A DNA stretch of 64,000 nucleotides from Antedon mediterranea (lineage: Eukaryota > Animalia > Echinodermata). The stretch covers positions 22,630,001 through 22,694,000 of the forward strand of contig NC_092674.1 of assembly GCF_964355755.1 (NCBI RefSeq), in the 5' to 3' direction. How positions within the stretch are numbered: the first letter of the stretch is position 1; each line of letters starts with the position of its first letter. The notes beneath the pieces are model-generated. The model was given only the letters and a program-made list of their open reading frames with translations, was not told the DNA's origin and made no database searches. The position numbers and the translations under genes were made by a program. Of this stretch, positions 26,155 through 39,573 are shown in pieces.

Positions 26155-27391
26155 AATACTAACAATTGCAAATTATAGTAGTTATGCTGCTAACAAAGAT
26201 AAAGGACGTGAATTGTGTTATACCTAATGAAAATGAAGGTGGGCAAGAACGTTTCTTGCATAATAATATCATTTCTTAATATCCCACGACATCGACATTT
26301 TTGTGCTGACAGTAATTATGTGGTTGGTCAAAATCACCCCACGTGACATTGTGTTCATACTTTTCTTGAAATTGAAAATTACCGAATATTCCAGAAAATG
26401 TATAAGCATGCAAATCATTTTGAGTTATTAGGCTTACCTTTTTTGAAACATTAATCCACTTTCTTCACCCTCTTTTACGTACATATAATAAATATAATAC
26501 TACAGAATATAATACTAGAATTTCGAGGAAATACAACCAATATATTACAAGTTACAACACAACGGAGATTATGTCAACAAATCTTTAGAATGCTCTTAGA
26601 ATTTCATCTCCAATTCATCGTTGAGAAAGCCAACTCATAGATATCTAGTTCAACTAAGTACCTTAGCCATTGTCAATTCTACAAACAAAATGGCGCCAGT
26701 ATGTGACATTAACTTCAATCGCAAATTTTCAGTAGATTTAATTTTGTTTGTAGGTCTAATTCTCAGTACTGTTATTGCTTGAATTAGCTCCGCAGTCGAA
26801 TGACAATCGCAACAACACACGGAGGCAGTCGAATAAGCATCGCACCAAAATTTGTTTCTTATAATATAAGCGATATTATCGAGTAGGCCAAAGCGTGATC
26901 GCATCATTTTTGGGATTTTCGCAAAGTGTTGCTGGAATCGAATAAGCATCGCACCAAATTTCGGTTAACGCCGCATGAAAAGTCTTGCACTAAATTGCGC
27001 TGTGCCAAGTGAAGAAATACTATGTAGGCATTAGGCCTACATGTAAGTTAATCAATAACTGCCTAAATAAATAACTACCAAAGATGTTTTTCCGTTATTT
27101 ATAATTAAATTATCTATTATTTCAATCTGATAGATGTTAAGGCAATGTTGTTGTAGTATAGACCTAGGTATGAAGAAAGTAATAATAACTAATGTATCAT
27201 AAAAAAAAAATGAATCGGCGTCATAGAAACATAATAACATTAAAATGACATAATTAAGGTCTATAGAAGAACATGTTTTTCAATTACGACAAAATTAACG
27301 TGTGTAGTTATACGGCATGTCTGCAGAAAAAATAGAAAAATAAACGTTTAACCACCATTACTCAAGTGATCATTACGCTCCAAATACGCTG

Positions 27392-27500
27392 TTTTTAGTC
27401 GCGTGCAACGCGACTCTACAGCTCACTATGTCGGTCGGTTGATCGGTCGGTTAAAAACAAACTTGAGCACGCGATTGCAGCCATGTACATGGCCTTGTTT
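27392..27500 (+). mobile_element. DINE-1/HINE-like element, complete
   Basis: TTTTT-AGTCGCGTGC-AACGCGACT (sub-TIR and its inverse), (GTCG)n, GCACGCGA, GCCATGTACATGGCC hairpin, TTGTTT. Confidence 0.75.
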
Positions 27501-29199
27501 AACCCCGCCAAATAAGTTATAACACCAACTCGTTATGTGTATGTCTTTCTGTCTGTTGTCTGTTATATCAAGATTCGGTCAACATTACTGAACAAACTAG
27601 CTTAGAATACATAAAAATTCATTAACTTATGGATGTACGCAATCACCAGTTACATCCAAAAATGAGTTCACACCGGCCATCATAAATACATCATCATATT
27701 TAGTACGTGTAAACTTTATATAATTAGGCCTATACATCATATACACTATAATACGCGCCTGCAGTTTTATAAGAGGTCAAAATCATTTTAAAATAATAAA
27801 TTATAACATTTTAGGCCACTTTTAATTATTTCATTATTGCAATTGTAGGCCTACGTGGGATCTAAATCGTGTTTCAGGGATCCGTTTAAAAAAAATACCT
27901 TTATAAAATATTGCCTAACAATACATAGGTTTATCTACCTGATGGTTTGCCCAGTCTAATATTAATAGTTTCTCATCTTTTGTTTTCCCCGAAGCGCTAC
28001 TGAACTACGCGGCTATCAATATTTAAATGCGCATGCTCATATGTGTTAATTGAATAGCAGGCCAAGCTGCCAATCGTTCGATATAAATCACAAAGTATCA
28101 TTTATTCTCTTAAGTTCAACATCGGCGCTATATTATCAATAAAACGCATAATATAATTATAACGGATAACATTAAAACATAAAATGCATTACAGCTACGG
28201 TCTTGCTATACGTTCATTATGGGTCAAAGAACTGACATCAGAATAGAAAGACGGCTATAAACCAAGAAGTACTGGTAGTTGTTCTTGATTCAGGCCTGGT
28301 AATGTTGGTTGAAAAGTGTCCTACTGTTGTATTTGTAAATTTCATAATTTTAATATTAGCAGTTTTATAATCTATTTTCATGAACCTAAGCGCTTAAAAC
28401 GGAGCGAATACAGTACTTGGCAAAATGACAGAGGACGCACAATTCAATATTTTGGCCCATTCGTAACATATAGATAACTCGACATTTAATCAGCTTTTTT
28501 ATGGCACCAATATATTGATATATATAAAATTCAATAGGCGTGGTCTGTAAGTATATACTTATTAAAAACAAAATTTAAGGACAATAACTGGACGTGATTG
28601 TGATTATGTGATACAGAATCTTTTAACTTATAGGCCTATTGAAACTGATCCACTATTTATGATGTTGATCACAATAGCGGATAATTAAACAGTTCAATAA
28701 TCATAATCGTACAATGTTTGAGAACAATAATTTATAAGTAGAGAGTGGTTTCATTCAACATTTCAGAGTGGATATTGTTTAAAAACATTTATTTACTATG
28801 AGTATGGGTCTAGTTTCGTAGTGCGTCCTAACACGAGACGAATTCGAATTGATGATTGTCAAACCCCAGTTAAACTGTGCTCTAGTGCCTGCAGAATTAC
28901 CGTACGATAATTTTCGACAGAATGAAGGTAAGCACACTAAGGTTGTGTAACAACGTCCCCGTATGAAACAGCTGACGGAGACCTACTTTATTGAAACTTC
29001 ATTAAAGGTAATACTTTTCCAATTTCCGTTATTTCTAATTTGAACTGGTCAAATGCAAGTCATTGCTTTGTGCTTATACCCAGCCGATGGTTTATTGTGT
29101 TATAAAAATTAATAGATACACAGAAGCACTTTTTATTTATTCAGTTTTCACGTGATTTTGTTTGCTTTAGGTTTAAGTTTACTGTAAGCCAGATTCGAC

Positions 29200-29520
29200 G
29201 TTTTAATTACACTTCCAGTGATGTATGACTCTGATGATAAAAAAGTTTACCCTGCACATAAGATTTCCTCTAAGTTTTGGACGATATAGTTTTAAGATGT
29301 GTCTCCTGGTTCTGATGTTGTGAGACAATTTAAATAAAACTTTTGGATCAATATCCTCAAAGCCTTTCAAAATGTTGAAAGTTTTAATCAAATCTCCTCG
29401 TAGTCTTCTTGACCAGGACTGAATACAGTATTCCATATTTGGACAGATGTATGCCTTATACATGACCTGAAAACTTTCTTTGTCAATATTTTGTAATGTT
29501 CTTTTGACAGTTCTCAAATT
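29200..29520 (-). mobile_element. CR1-clade LINE, 3' ORF2 fragment
   Basis: YKAYICPNMEYCIQSWS / RRLRGDLIKTFNILKG...RTRRHILKL...RVNFF..RVIHHW is the CR1 C-terminal conserved region. Confidence 0.85.
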
Positions 29521-29639
29521 ATTCGTCGCTCTAGCTGCTGCTGTAGCTAGCACACTGTCGGCTTGGCTTGCAGCAGCTAGTGAAGATAACACTAATTAGA
29601 AGTGTGAATAACTAAAACAACGCAAACTACATACTGCCG

Positions 29640-30300
29640 TACTTTGAGAAAAGGGCTTATCTACAAAAAGTTATATTTGAGTAAACGAGCAAAACGCGTT
29701 TTTGTTTATTATAAAATATGTTGATGTTTAAATGTTCATAGTAGATATTTTATTTCAATTTAAACATTTCTAGTTGGAAGGTTCATCAAACGGTTTTCTA
29801 TTTTGTGGCATTAATGGCAACAATTGATTAATAATGGCATTATTCTTAGCACGTTAGACCCCTCTTCGATTGTAATCGTTTTTTATTGTATGTTCCATTC
29901 ATGATGTTCTGCTACCTTCTTTTTAAGAAATTCACCAGAGGTGTATTCTTCATCGGTATGTTCTGTTTTCCAATACAATTTAGTTTCAACTTTCCTAAAA
30001 AGAACTTCTTTCAAATCGTGTAACTTCGGTACACCTTTTTTTGCTCGTTCCCTTTTCATTTTTAAAGTTTATAAATCTAGATATTCCATCTTGACGGCCT
30101 TCCCTGCAATATTAACAATTGTATTAAAATTGTCACCATCGTAAACGTTCTCTACTTTCCTCATACCCAATCCTATCTGGTGATTAAACGAATCGGCTGA
30201 CATAAAAGTATGTCCTGTCTCGAAATAGTTAAACAAATTTCATGTAATTCATCTTCTGTATTTACTTCATTTACTATTGCTGTAAACAAAATCCAGTTCT
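29640..30300 (-). mobile_element. Sola (Sola1-like) transposase fragment
   Basis: Minus-strand NWILFTAIVNEVN...NYFETGHTFMSADSFNHQIG.GMRKVENVYD. GHTxMxADS is the Sola catalytic-region motif. The 5' part is cut off by the Tx1 insertion. Confidence 0.65.
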
Positions 30301-30301
30301 C

Positions 30302-31650
30302 TTTGTTATTTTATGTGGGTTCATCCCACTTTTATTTCCATATATAATGTTCTCATTTTCATTTCAATACACTATACATATTATTATATTTCATTTATTT
30401 ACATGTAATCAGATTGAACATACACATACCTGCAGATTTACATATTTCTTATCTTTTTTTTCAGATTTAACCAATTGTAAGAGATTGATTTTTTTTCTTT
30501 TTCCATTAAACTTAATATCTTTACTTTATAAATACAGAATGCTCCTAAAGTGTATAATTTATTTACGTAATTGTTGTCAGTTTCAAATAAAAGCCTTTTG
30601 AAAGAAAAAACAGGAATATGTATGCTTACTTCTCTAGTTATTCTGTCTATCTCCCTCCATAGACATTTTACTGTTATACACTCTGCTAACATATGTTTAT
30701 CATTCTCAATAAATTGCATATGTCACAATTTAGAGAATTTAAGGCTCAACTTATGTAATCTTTCATTTGTTTGCAATATTCTGTGCCACAATTTTAAATT
30801 AAAATGTGCCAGTTTTTTTTTTCTTTAAGACCAGAAACTTTCTTTACCCATATTTTGTTCCATGGCAGATTACCAAATATGGAATCCCACTTAACCTGTG
30901 CCGTTGGAGTAAAATATTGAACATCTATTATGAGTCTATATAATTGTCTAGACGTCATGTTTAAGACCTTATTGTTTGTAATAGGTATATCATCATTTAC
31001 ATTAATGTCGCATGTTGATTTTAAAATACATTTCCATTCTTTTGGAATGCCTTTTAATATACAAGAATATTCACTGATCCAATTTTGTGTACATCTTAAC
31101 CCTCTTTTTTTCTCTATCGCAGGCTTAAACACATTATTATTTATTACACCACTTATTTTTAAAAACCCTGGTCTAATCCAGTTACAGTTATATAACGGCT
31201 TCTTTTTAATACAGATAAATGCATTACCCCATAATGATTGATTAATAATATCATCATTATATTATTGGTTTCTTATTTAATCTATTATTGCAAGCATTAG
31301 CTACAGCCATAGAATTAATAACCGAGAGATAAAATGGTGGTACGGATATGTTACATGGAACTTTTGAGGTATATTTTAGGTTAATGATGTTGGGCCTATA
31401 TTTTCTATATACAATTTTGGTAAACATTTCTATTTGGCGTAATCATTTTCATACAGTCTCCTGTGCGCTATTGTTTTTACAATAGTAATTCTTTCAAAAA
31501 AAGTGAGGTGTCCGTTCTCCTATGTTTTTAGGGTATTTTTTAATGCATCAACTTTTTCTTTCCAATTCTTTTGACAACAATATTTCTTATCATGTCCAAC
31601 ATAGATACCTAATATCCGAATTGGTGTGGATGTCCAAGAAATGTATTTCA
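30302..31650 (-). mobile_element. Tx1/L1-clade LINE, 5'-truncated and frameshifted
   Basis: WTSTPIRILGIYVG...NWKEKV, then IPKEWK, PTAQVKW, WNKIW, KLWHRILQTN, C..C...HMLAEC..V..LW (zf-RVT/CCHC). 3' UTR ends in AATAAA, a stem-loop and an A-rich tail at about 30302. Confidence 0.85.
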
Positions 31651-31689
31651 TAATATTCATAACTTAACAAAATGTCTTAACACATTCAC

Positions 31690-31905
31690 TTAGCGTAGAC
31701 CTATTCATTTTCATAAACATATTCATTTCTTATCACAATTCATATTCTAGCATATTCATTTCTTAACATAATCATTTTAGCAAAGGCCTATACATTTCTT
31801 AACACAATATATATTGTAGCATATTCATTTCTTAACACAATTCATATTGTAGCATATTCATTTCTTAACACAATTCATATTCTAGCATATTCATGTTTTA
31901 ACAAC
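31690..31905. repeat. 33-bp minisatellite
   Basis: ATATTCATTTCTTAACACAATTCATATTSTAGC, about 6 copies. Confidence 0.9.
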
Positions 31906-31919
31906 AGGGTGATTAGCCA

Positions 31920-34060
31920 TTTGGTCTTTGATCTTAACACTGTCTACACTCAGGTATTTTTCTTGCAATCATTGTTATTGAGTGGATCAGAGTTATCATT
32001 TGAGTATTTCTCCAGACGAGCCGGCAGCCTTCTGTACATCTTTGACGATCCTTCCCTCTGTGTGTGTTGCATATAAAAGTTCCTTCAACTCCAAGAGATG
32101 TAAAAAGAAGTCCTTTAAGTAAAGGTACAGATACACCAATAAGCTTTAAAATGTATGGTCTAAATAGAGATTGTGAAGTAAGTCCAAATGTTTGCCAAGT
32201 TGGGATATTTAAAGATCGGTCAGACTCCAGTTATAATCTTCTGGATCTTCTGAACCAGCAATTGCCCCGTCCTTCAGTAAAGGATATGGATCTGAGCTCC
32301 TCACTAAGTATATGGACTCTTCCAAATGCCTTCATATATCGGTTTCTAATGACATCTCGAAAATAAGAGGCGAGGGAGGGTCTTCTGCTAGTACAGTAGT
32401 TCTGTCCAACTCAAACATGTGTTTATGGCACCCTACACCATCTAACGAATAGTTAAACCTATCTGGAATTTACCTTGCGACTAAATTAGTGCGTGAGCTT
32501 CAGTTTTATTGGTTCTTTAAGCGTACCATCTCAATCTCGAGTCCATACGTTCCGACTTCTTCATATTTCTTTTAATCATGTTAAATCTCAGGGCTTCTAG
32601 TCGTGCAATCTGAATTTGCTTACCATCACTATCCTTTTCGATGTCTACTTTAATATTGCAAAAGCATTTGGAGTAATTGAACAATGTGTTCTTTTGTTGA
32701 TACATTCTCATTGTAATTTGGTGCGATTTCTCCCTTTTCACCGAACACCTCATCTAAAAACCTAGAATCTCCTGACAAAAATACTCTAGACTGCTTGCCT
32801 GAATCATGGTTGTTTTGGATGTCTTGTACCCATTTATTCAACCAGCCTGGAGCTCCACATTCAGCCCCAATGTTTGCCTCTAGATTATACCTTTTGTCAT
32901 CTCCAGAATAATAGAAATTGGCCAACTGTCATCTGTTCCATGTTATTTTATACCATGCAAAGCCTGTTCATTATTAATGCAACTAAGAGTGATGCAGAAG
33001 CTCTCTGCTCCCTTCCGATGTTTCGAGCATCACTCACAACTTCCAGAATTCTTTCTCATCTAGATAATAGTATGAAGATAATATCAACATTGTTACGACC
33101 ACTTTTGGCCTATGTCGAAATACCTAAAATAAAACAACGAGGTTTCGAACAAACAATATAGCCAGCACACAAAGTACTATGCAGGAAGCACGAGCTCCAT
33201 TTAATTTCCTTTCCCGATGCATTACAATACAACAAAACTATACCGTTATACAATACGAATAATACCGAGTAGTGGTTAGCCTAGGCACTCGTACAGTCCA
33301 ATTGCAACGTTTTCATTCTCATTGTCGTTGCCTAGCTTCCAGTCTCAATCAAAATCTTAAAATTCACTGCAATTAACTTTACTCCGTTATTCCTTAGTCG
33401 TTTTCAAGTGATTTCTATCTGGCACTCTCACATCCACTGTATTATTTCTTCTATAGATAGCCTACCATCTCTAACTTTTACCGTCTCATGAGTGTGCTCG
33501 CTCCCTAGCCTTGTACACCTAACACAGCTTTCCAAAAATACCGCGCATCAAAACGCTCCATTCTAATTCTTCCACTTGATTATTATCGTGACACCTGACT
33601 ATCGTAACACGTAACAATCAATTCGAATCCTGTTGCAATTCTTGGTCGCAGAACTGCATTACGTTTATGTTTCAAGCGCTTTGAAGATTTTGCAACTTCA
33701 TATGTAGATGGGAAGAAACCTGGCAACTTTCTTCGTAATTCTGTAATCATTGCATAACAACAGAATAGTCTATGATAGGCTAATACGATTTTCTGATGCT
33801 TTTACATTTTTCTTACAAAGAAGCAGCTGTGAGTGATATTTGGGTCCTTCTAACCTTCTGCTTTAGTTTAAACTGTAAGGCATTAATACCTTTGACATGT
33901 AAATTGTTTTCAAAACCAGCCTATCCATACCTTAAATGATAATCAAAAATCTTCGCAAACTCTGAAATATGCAAATACGGCATATCATCAATTACTTCAA
34001 ATTGAGACTAACTTATTGGTACTTCTGACATCATCAGTTCTTCAAAGTTGTCTTTTTTTT
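31920..34060 (-). pseudogene. Decayed DDE transposase, tentatively RAG1/Transib/Chapaev (CMC)-like
   Basis: Manual minus-strand joining across frameshifts gives ELRRKLPGFFPSTYEV...VLRP..TGF, YYYLDEKEFWKL/SDARNIG (first D), SCINNEQALHG..DSWPI/FYYSGDDKRYNLEAN, VFLSGDSRFLDEVFG (second D), H..QLLQMLL. Multiple stops. A splice-acceptor-like TTTTATTTTAG lies at about 33125. Confidence 0.4.
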
Positions 34061-35230
34061 CTTTGTATTTATATGTTTTAGGCCTACATAAACAGTCTGT
34101 TCGAAATAAAAGTTGAATTGTAGAGGAACTATTGTTTTTTTTCTTTCATGGGAACAACCTACCTTCATTATTTCTCTCCTCCCCACCCTCCTTTTTTGTC
34201 ATTACTTATGTTGAGATACTCTTAAATATTAGTTGACACCATTAATAAGAGTGAATGTGTTAAAATGATAAAAGGTCTAATACTTGTATTATCCATTATA
34301 TTAATTGAAATGAAATAAATCAAATCAAAGAAAGAAAGATCATTCAATGTTTTTCTTTTACACGAGACAATTTGATCTCGGCTTCAGTTATATTACATGG
34401 ATATTCATTTAATTGAATTTAACCTTAAGAGAAAATAACTTCCAAATTAATTTTACATCGTGTTTGCGTTTATCATTTTGCAAACATATAAATACAGAAA
34501 GAAGTAACGACAATAGTTCATTTACAATTTTTTCTTTTTGCCATTCCTACAATAATGTATTTAATGTTATCTCTTGTATTTCAACAAACGTTTTTTAATT
34601 TAAATTAAATTTGTTAAAATAAATTTCAATTTTCAATACCGTCAGTAATGTCACGTATCACTCCTTGCAAGTTTCCAGATTGTTAATCTTTTGTTACTAG
34701 GTAGAATACGATGCAACAACTTATAATTAACCTGTGCGATTGCTGTATTATATTTCATGCAATTTACACGATTATTTCAAACTTTATCCCAGTTAATATA
34801 ATTGTAATTTAGCTTCAAACACCATTTAATTTGTGATATTAAAGCATTATACTGATACTAATGATCAAATGGTTATAATATAGAAAGTTGCTTTACGTTT
34901 AATTTTAAACAGAAAATTAAATAATTTTTTGTCTTTTAAAACAAACAATTGCTTGTATTTTACAAACCATTGTTTGTAGGAAAGAATAAGTATTGTGTCA
35001 GACGGCGCCCGGTGGAATACTTGTTTTTCCTAATAATGTGATTATCATTATATTTATATTAAACATATATAACAAATCAACATATATCAAATAAACATAA
35101 TATATAACATAATTAACTTGTCATTTATTAAAAAATATTGGATGAATGTAACTACTATCTTTCTTCAGAAACTTGAAAACAGCCGAATAATGTGTATTTG
35201 GTACGGTAACTAATAATAAGTCTGTTTTCT

Positions 35231-35339
35231 TGGCTTAGGTTCCCACTTGAACGCAACGCGAATGCGCCACAAGTCTGCGCCGGATCATCCGAACTGTCGC
35301 TAGTGGCTAGTCGTTGCGTGGGAATCAAACGAAGCCTTA
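35231..35339. mobile_element. Harbinger-like MITE family A, short copy
   Basis: GGCTTAGGTTCCCACT..ACGCAACG ... CGTTGCGTGGGAATC...AAGCCTTA. Confidence 0.5.
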
Positions 35340-36746
35340 CCGATTATAAATAGTTTTCAGGCAATATAAGTTCTTGGAACTTTATCATCTAAAAAAGATC
35401 GTCCCCACATTCAAACAGAAATTGCGAGAGCGACGTGTCGGCGTTTTTGGTCGCAATGTTGAACTCAGACTGTGTTAATTTTCTTCTTTTACGTGTTAAT
35501 AAGTTTCAGGGAATTAATCACACCTCGTCTTTGCTGCTTGTAATTTATCACACAGCTGCACAGGCCTATTTGCGGAATTGCATAATAAAAAAGACCACTA
35601 AATGTCAGAAAATAAATCTATAAGAATTAGTAGAATTAAGAATTAAACAAAATACGTTTTTTATACAGCACTGGTGTTTTTTTCAACCTTGACTTAATAA
35701 TTTAGATAGTAGATACTAAATGAAAGAAAGTGTAATCTCGTGCTGCAGAATAAATTAATTATCTTTTTGAGGATCAATAAAAGTTATCTTATCTTATCTT
35801 ATCTTACCTTATTATTGTAAAATAATAACTTTTTTACAGATGAGGCCCCCTGTAATTGATAATTGTAATAAATGCAACGATACTACTTGACTGGATTAAA
35901 TTAAAATAAAAACAATATTGACCAATCGAATATAGTAATGTTTATAAAAAAAATATCATTGGTAGCCTACCCGGAACATGTTGTCCAACATGTTGAATCG
36001 AGAAAAAAAATGATTCTTATAAAATCGTAATTTTAAAAGTTAATCAGAAGTGCATTTTCATTGGAGTTTTGGTTAAATGTAACTATACTTGTTCAAAATC
36101 ATTATTTTTGTTAAAAGTAATTAACGTAATTAACATTTTCATAAATAGCCTAGGCCTATTCAAAGTTTGATTTTATTCATCTTAATTTTTTTATTATTTT
36201 GGAGACAATACATCTTTAATTATATTGAGATGCAAATAAATCAAATTCCTTTTTTTTTTTCAATTAACAACTTAATATGTATGTAATTCAATATTTTATT
36301 TATTCGGAAAGATTGTTGAAATCTACGTAAATGAAATCAGTTCTTTATAGAATAATGACATCTCATTTAAAAAGTTATTATTCTTATATAAGACAATTAC
36401 ACTTACATATCGCATTGAAGGAAATTTATATTGATGACATTATATTGTTAATAATGATCTTAGTTTTATAAGGTATGACAATAGCTTTCAATTTTCGTAA
36501 TGTATTGCCGTAACCTTACAATCTATGCTGAAAGTCACAACAGGCCTACATTGTGAGGTTCAGGTACAGGCATCAATTTTATATATAATATTTGGTTAAA
36601 TGTACATATATCAAATATGTACGACAAAAAGCATACATTTCCCTGGTCAAATTATACAGAATTTGGTAAAATTGTGCTAAAAAAACCAGATTATCAATTT
36701 TTTTTTTCAGTACGGTAGTTAGGTCGGTAGTTTAACCTGATACAAT

Positions 36747-37110
36747 ATTTTTTTTTCTTCTCTTTTGTGGCGTGAACCACCACCTTTATTCTTTCATATC
36801 ATAATTAAATACATTACAAATAAATCAGTAATATCTGTCTTCATATGTTCTTTCTTTAATTATATTGTTTTCCGTTAATATTCTACATTTTTCTTTATAT
36901 TTTTCTGCTCAAAAAAAAATATCAGTAATTTTTGTAAATTTTAGTTTTTCACACATTGTTTCCAATATTATCCTCCTGCTTTCATGGTTTGTTATATTTA
37001 TTCACATTGTACACAGACAATATACATACCGTATTGTTTCATACCCTTTTAATTGATAACATTTATATACATCTTATAGACATTATATACAGAGATATAA
37101 AACAACGTTT

Positions 37111-37134
<24 letters not shown>
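36747..37134 (-). mobile_element. Short 5'-truncated LINE 3' end with 13-bp TSD
   Basis: TSD AACCTGATACAAT at 36734-36746 and 37135-37147. Minus-strand end is AATAAAGGTGGTGGTTCACGCCACAAAAG plus an A tail. Confidence 0.75.
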
Positions 37135-37142
<8 letters not shown>

Positions 37143-38264
37143 ACAATCTTATATCTGGAAAAAAAACGTAAAAGTCTTAATATACACAATAATTTCCACA
37201 TGACGCAATAGAGACTCGAACTGCTGACGTAATATTATTAGCCCACTGTAAGGGTACCGAATGAAAAACATTATGTTTTTGTTGTTGTCTTATAACACAC
37301 CTACAGTCCTAAGTAAATTCTTTATTTAAATTAAATTAAACAGCGCAAAACTTGCTCCTTCCATTCTAAATCGGGTGTCTGGGCATGGAAAAAATTCTGC
37401 GATCAGAATTTTCCCGCATAACAGAACAATTAGGCCTATTGACGCACTCTACAGGTTGGTTTAAATTGTCACATAATGTATCGGTCTATCGCGTGGCGCC
37501 AAAAATCTTCACATTTTTACAAAAACATGTAATTGATTAGTACTAATATTGAATATAATTTACTGTTGAGAGGGACGAATTAACCAATGTTACAAAATCA
37601 ACCAATCAAATTACAGAAATAGGTTAGGCAAAGTTTGTGGTTCATGAACAAAAACAGTCACTGTTAGGGGATGTTCTCTAATCTCCATAAGATACAGTTA
37701 TATACATAGGCTTATTATTTAATTTCATAATAGTATCACCAGCATATTATCAAATTATACAATAAGCTCGTGTATACAAGTAATATAATTATTATATTAA
37801 GGAATATAAATAGATCAACATAATAAAGATCTCATTTTCTTTTGAAAATGTATTGACTTAGTAGGCTTTAGTGCCTAAATGTAATTTATTTTAATAATAC
37901 GCGCAGGTTTAACGTGTTGCGTGGCATATTACATTTATATTTTATAACGTTAACACTACACTTAATCTTTTATTAATTAAATATTCATAATAATTATATT
38001 TCTGTTATTAACCTAATTTTGTTTTGTCTCCTATCGATCGCACCATAAATATTCCTTTGGCATGTTTTTAAATTGGTGCCTTACTTTGTATTTTATATTT
38101 AATTAATAAATAGATGTAGGTTTGAAGCGTGCGAGAAGACAATCTTGAATTAATATCAACACCTAAATTGATCTTCCATTCTCGTTAAACATAATATATT
38201 TTCTCAAAGACTAACATTTCGTCTTCCTATACCACCATTTATACAATAGGTATACATTATTTCG

Positions 38265-38526
38265 TTGATTGATTGAATTGAAATATATATTTATACTGGG
38301 TAACTTCTTCAGTCAAAGACTTGTCTCCCAGAGGGCCCAGTTGGTGATCAGTGGCTGTGATGTACTAATACACCGGGGTAACCCCCTACTCTTCTCGAAA
38401 GATGTACTAGGTTCTTTAAAGTGCACACGAGCTAGATGTGTACACTGGACCTACGGTTTATAGTCCTTATCCGAGAAGACTCGTTCTACCACCAGAACCA
38501 TGGAGTGAGTGAGCCTCGAACCCCTG
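38265..38526 (-). mobile_element. V-domain SINE
   Basis: Minus strand: GGGGTTCGAG (B-box)...TCGGATAAGGACTATAAACCGTAGGTCC...TTTAAAGAACC...TCGAGAAGAGTAGGGGGTTACCCCGGTGT (V-domain), ending in a (TCAA)-type tail. Confidence 0.75.
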
Positions 38527-39524
38527 CCAAATGTTATGGCTACGTAATTACGTTGACAAGTTTTAAATTTGAGGTTTTATATTATTATTTCTGTAAATGT
38601 TGTAAGGTGGTGTTGAGACAATCTTACATTAATATTAACACCTATAAATTGATCTCCCATTCTCATTTAACATAATATGTTTTCTTTTACACTAACATTT
38701 CGTTTTCCTATACCCACCTTAATATCATCTATAAAACTGAATAAATAAAGGTGGTGGTGAACCACAAAAGATAAAATAAAAAATGTAAAAAAAATCTTTA
38801 AAACTGTTAATTTTATTTGCTTAACTTTCTTCACCTTTAAATCAGAATACAGTATCAACGGTTAAACAAAGCGGTTTTACAAAACAAACAGAACAAAAAT
38901 AATATTAAAAGAAAATTCATTCAGTATTACTCGTTCAGCCTAATACGAAATGAACGAAACGTGATGCATAATTAACCAATCAAATGACAAGAATACACCC
39001 ACATGTGTTACATAACATCGTTATATAACACAATCGCGTCAACAGTTATTGACAAATTCAGTATTAGTATGATGACCAATCATTTTAAAGACGTGAGCAT
39101 GTGAATTGTTTTATTTTTCTTTCAGTCTACGTAAATATTTCGTTATTTATGTACACTATTACAAGACGTAAAGAAGCTTATGTTAAATCATTTCTAAATT
39201 TAGAAGCAATAATACAAAAAGAACACAATTAATGTGAAATATATCTCAACAGATCTCGGCTATACAGCATGGAATGTGAGGGGTATTAACATATATCTTC
39301 ATATCACCAATAAGCTGTGTAATTTGTTCGTCATATATAAAACTACAGTACGGTAATATTTTAGCTATAGGCATCTAGTTTCCGTCTCATTGGTCAAAAT
39401 ACACATTGTTTCTATAGCTATACAATAAACAATCTGTTTTAATTTTCTTGCTCATAAAAGCGTGTTTCTTCTTTCTCATCTTGGGAAGTGACCATTTTTT
39501 TATCATGGCTATTCACGTGTTTGA

Positions 39525-39573
39525 CATGATCAAAGATCGGTCTGACAACTTCTCAGACCGATCTTTGATCATG
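39525..39573. repeat. Perfect 21-bp inverted repeat with 7-nt loop
   Basis: CATGATCAAAGATCGGTCTGA-CAACTTC-TCAGACCGATCTTTGATCATG. Confidence 0.95.

Noticed and set aside
28890-28933. Host exon ending AAG|GTAAGC
   Set aside because: Isolated donor motif with no convincing reading frame; such motifs occur by chance in 64 kb.
31690-31905. 33-bp repeat array as CRISPR
   Set aside because: Head-to-tail minisatellite without spacers.
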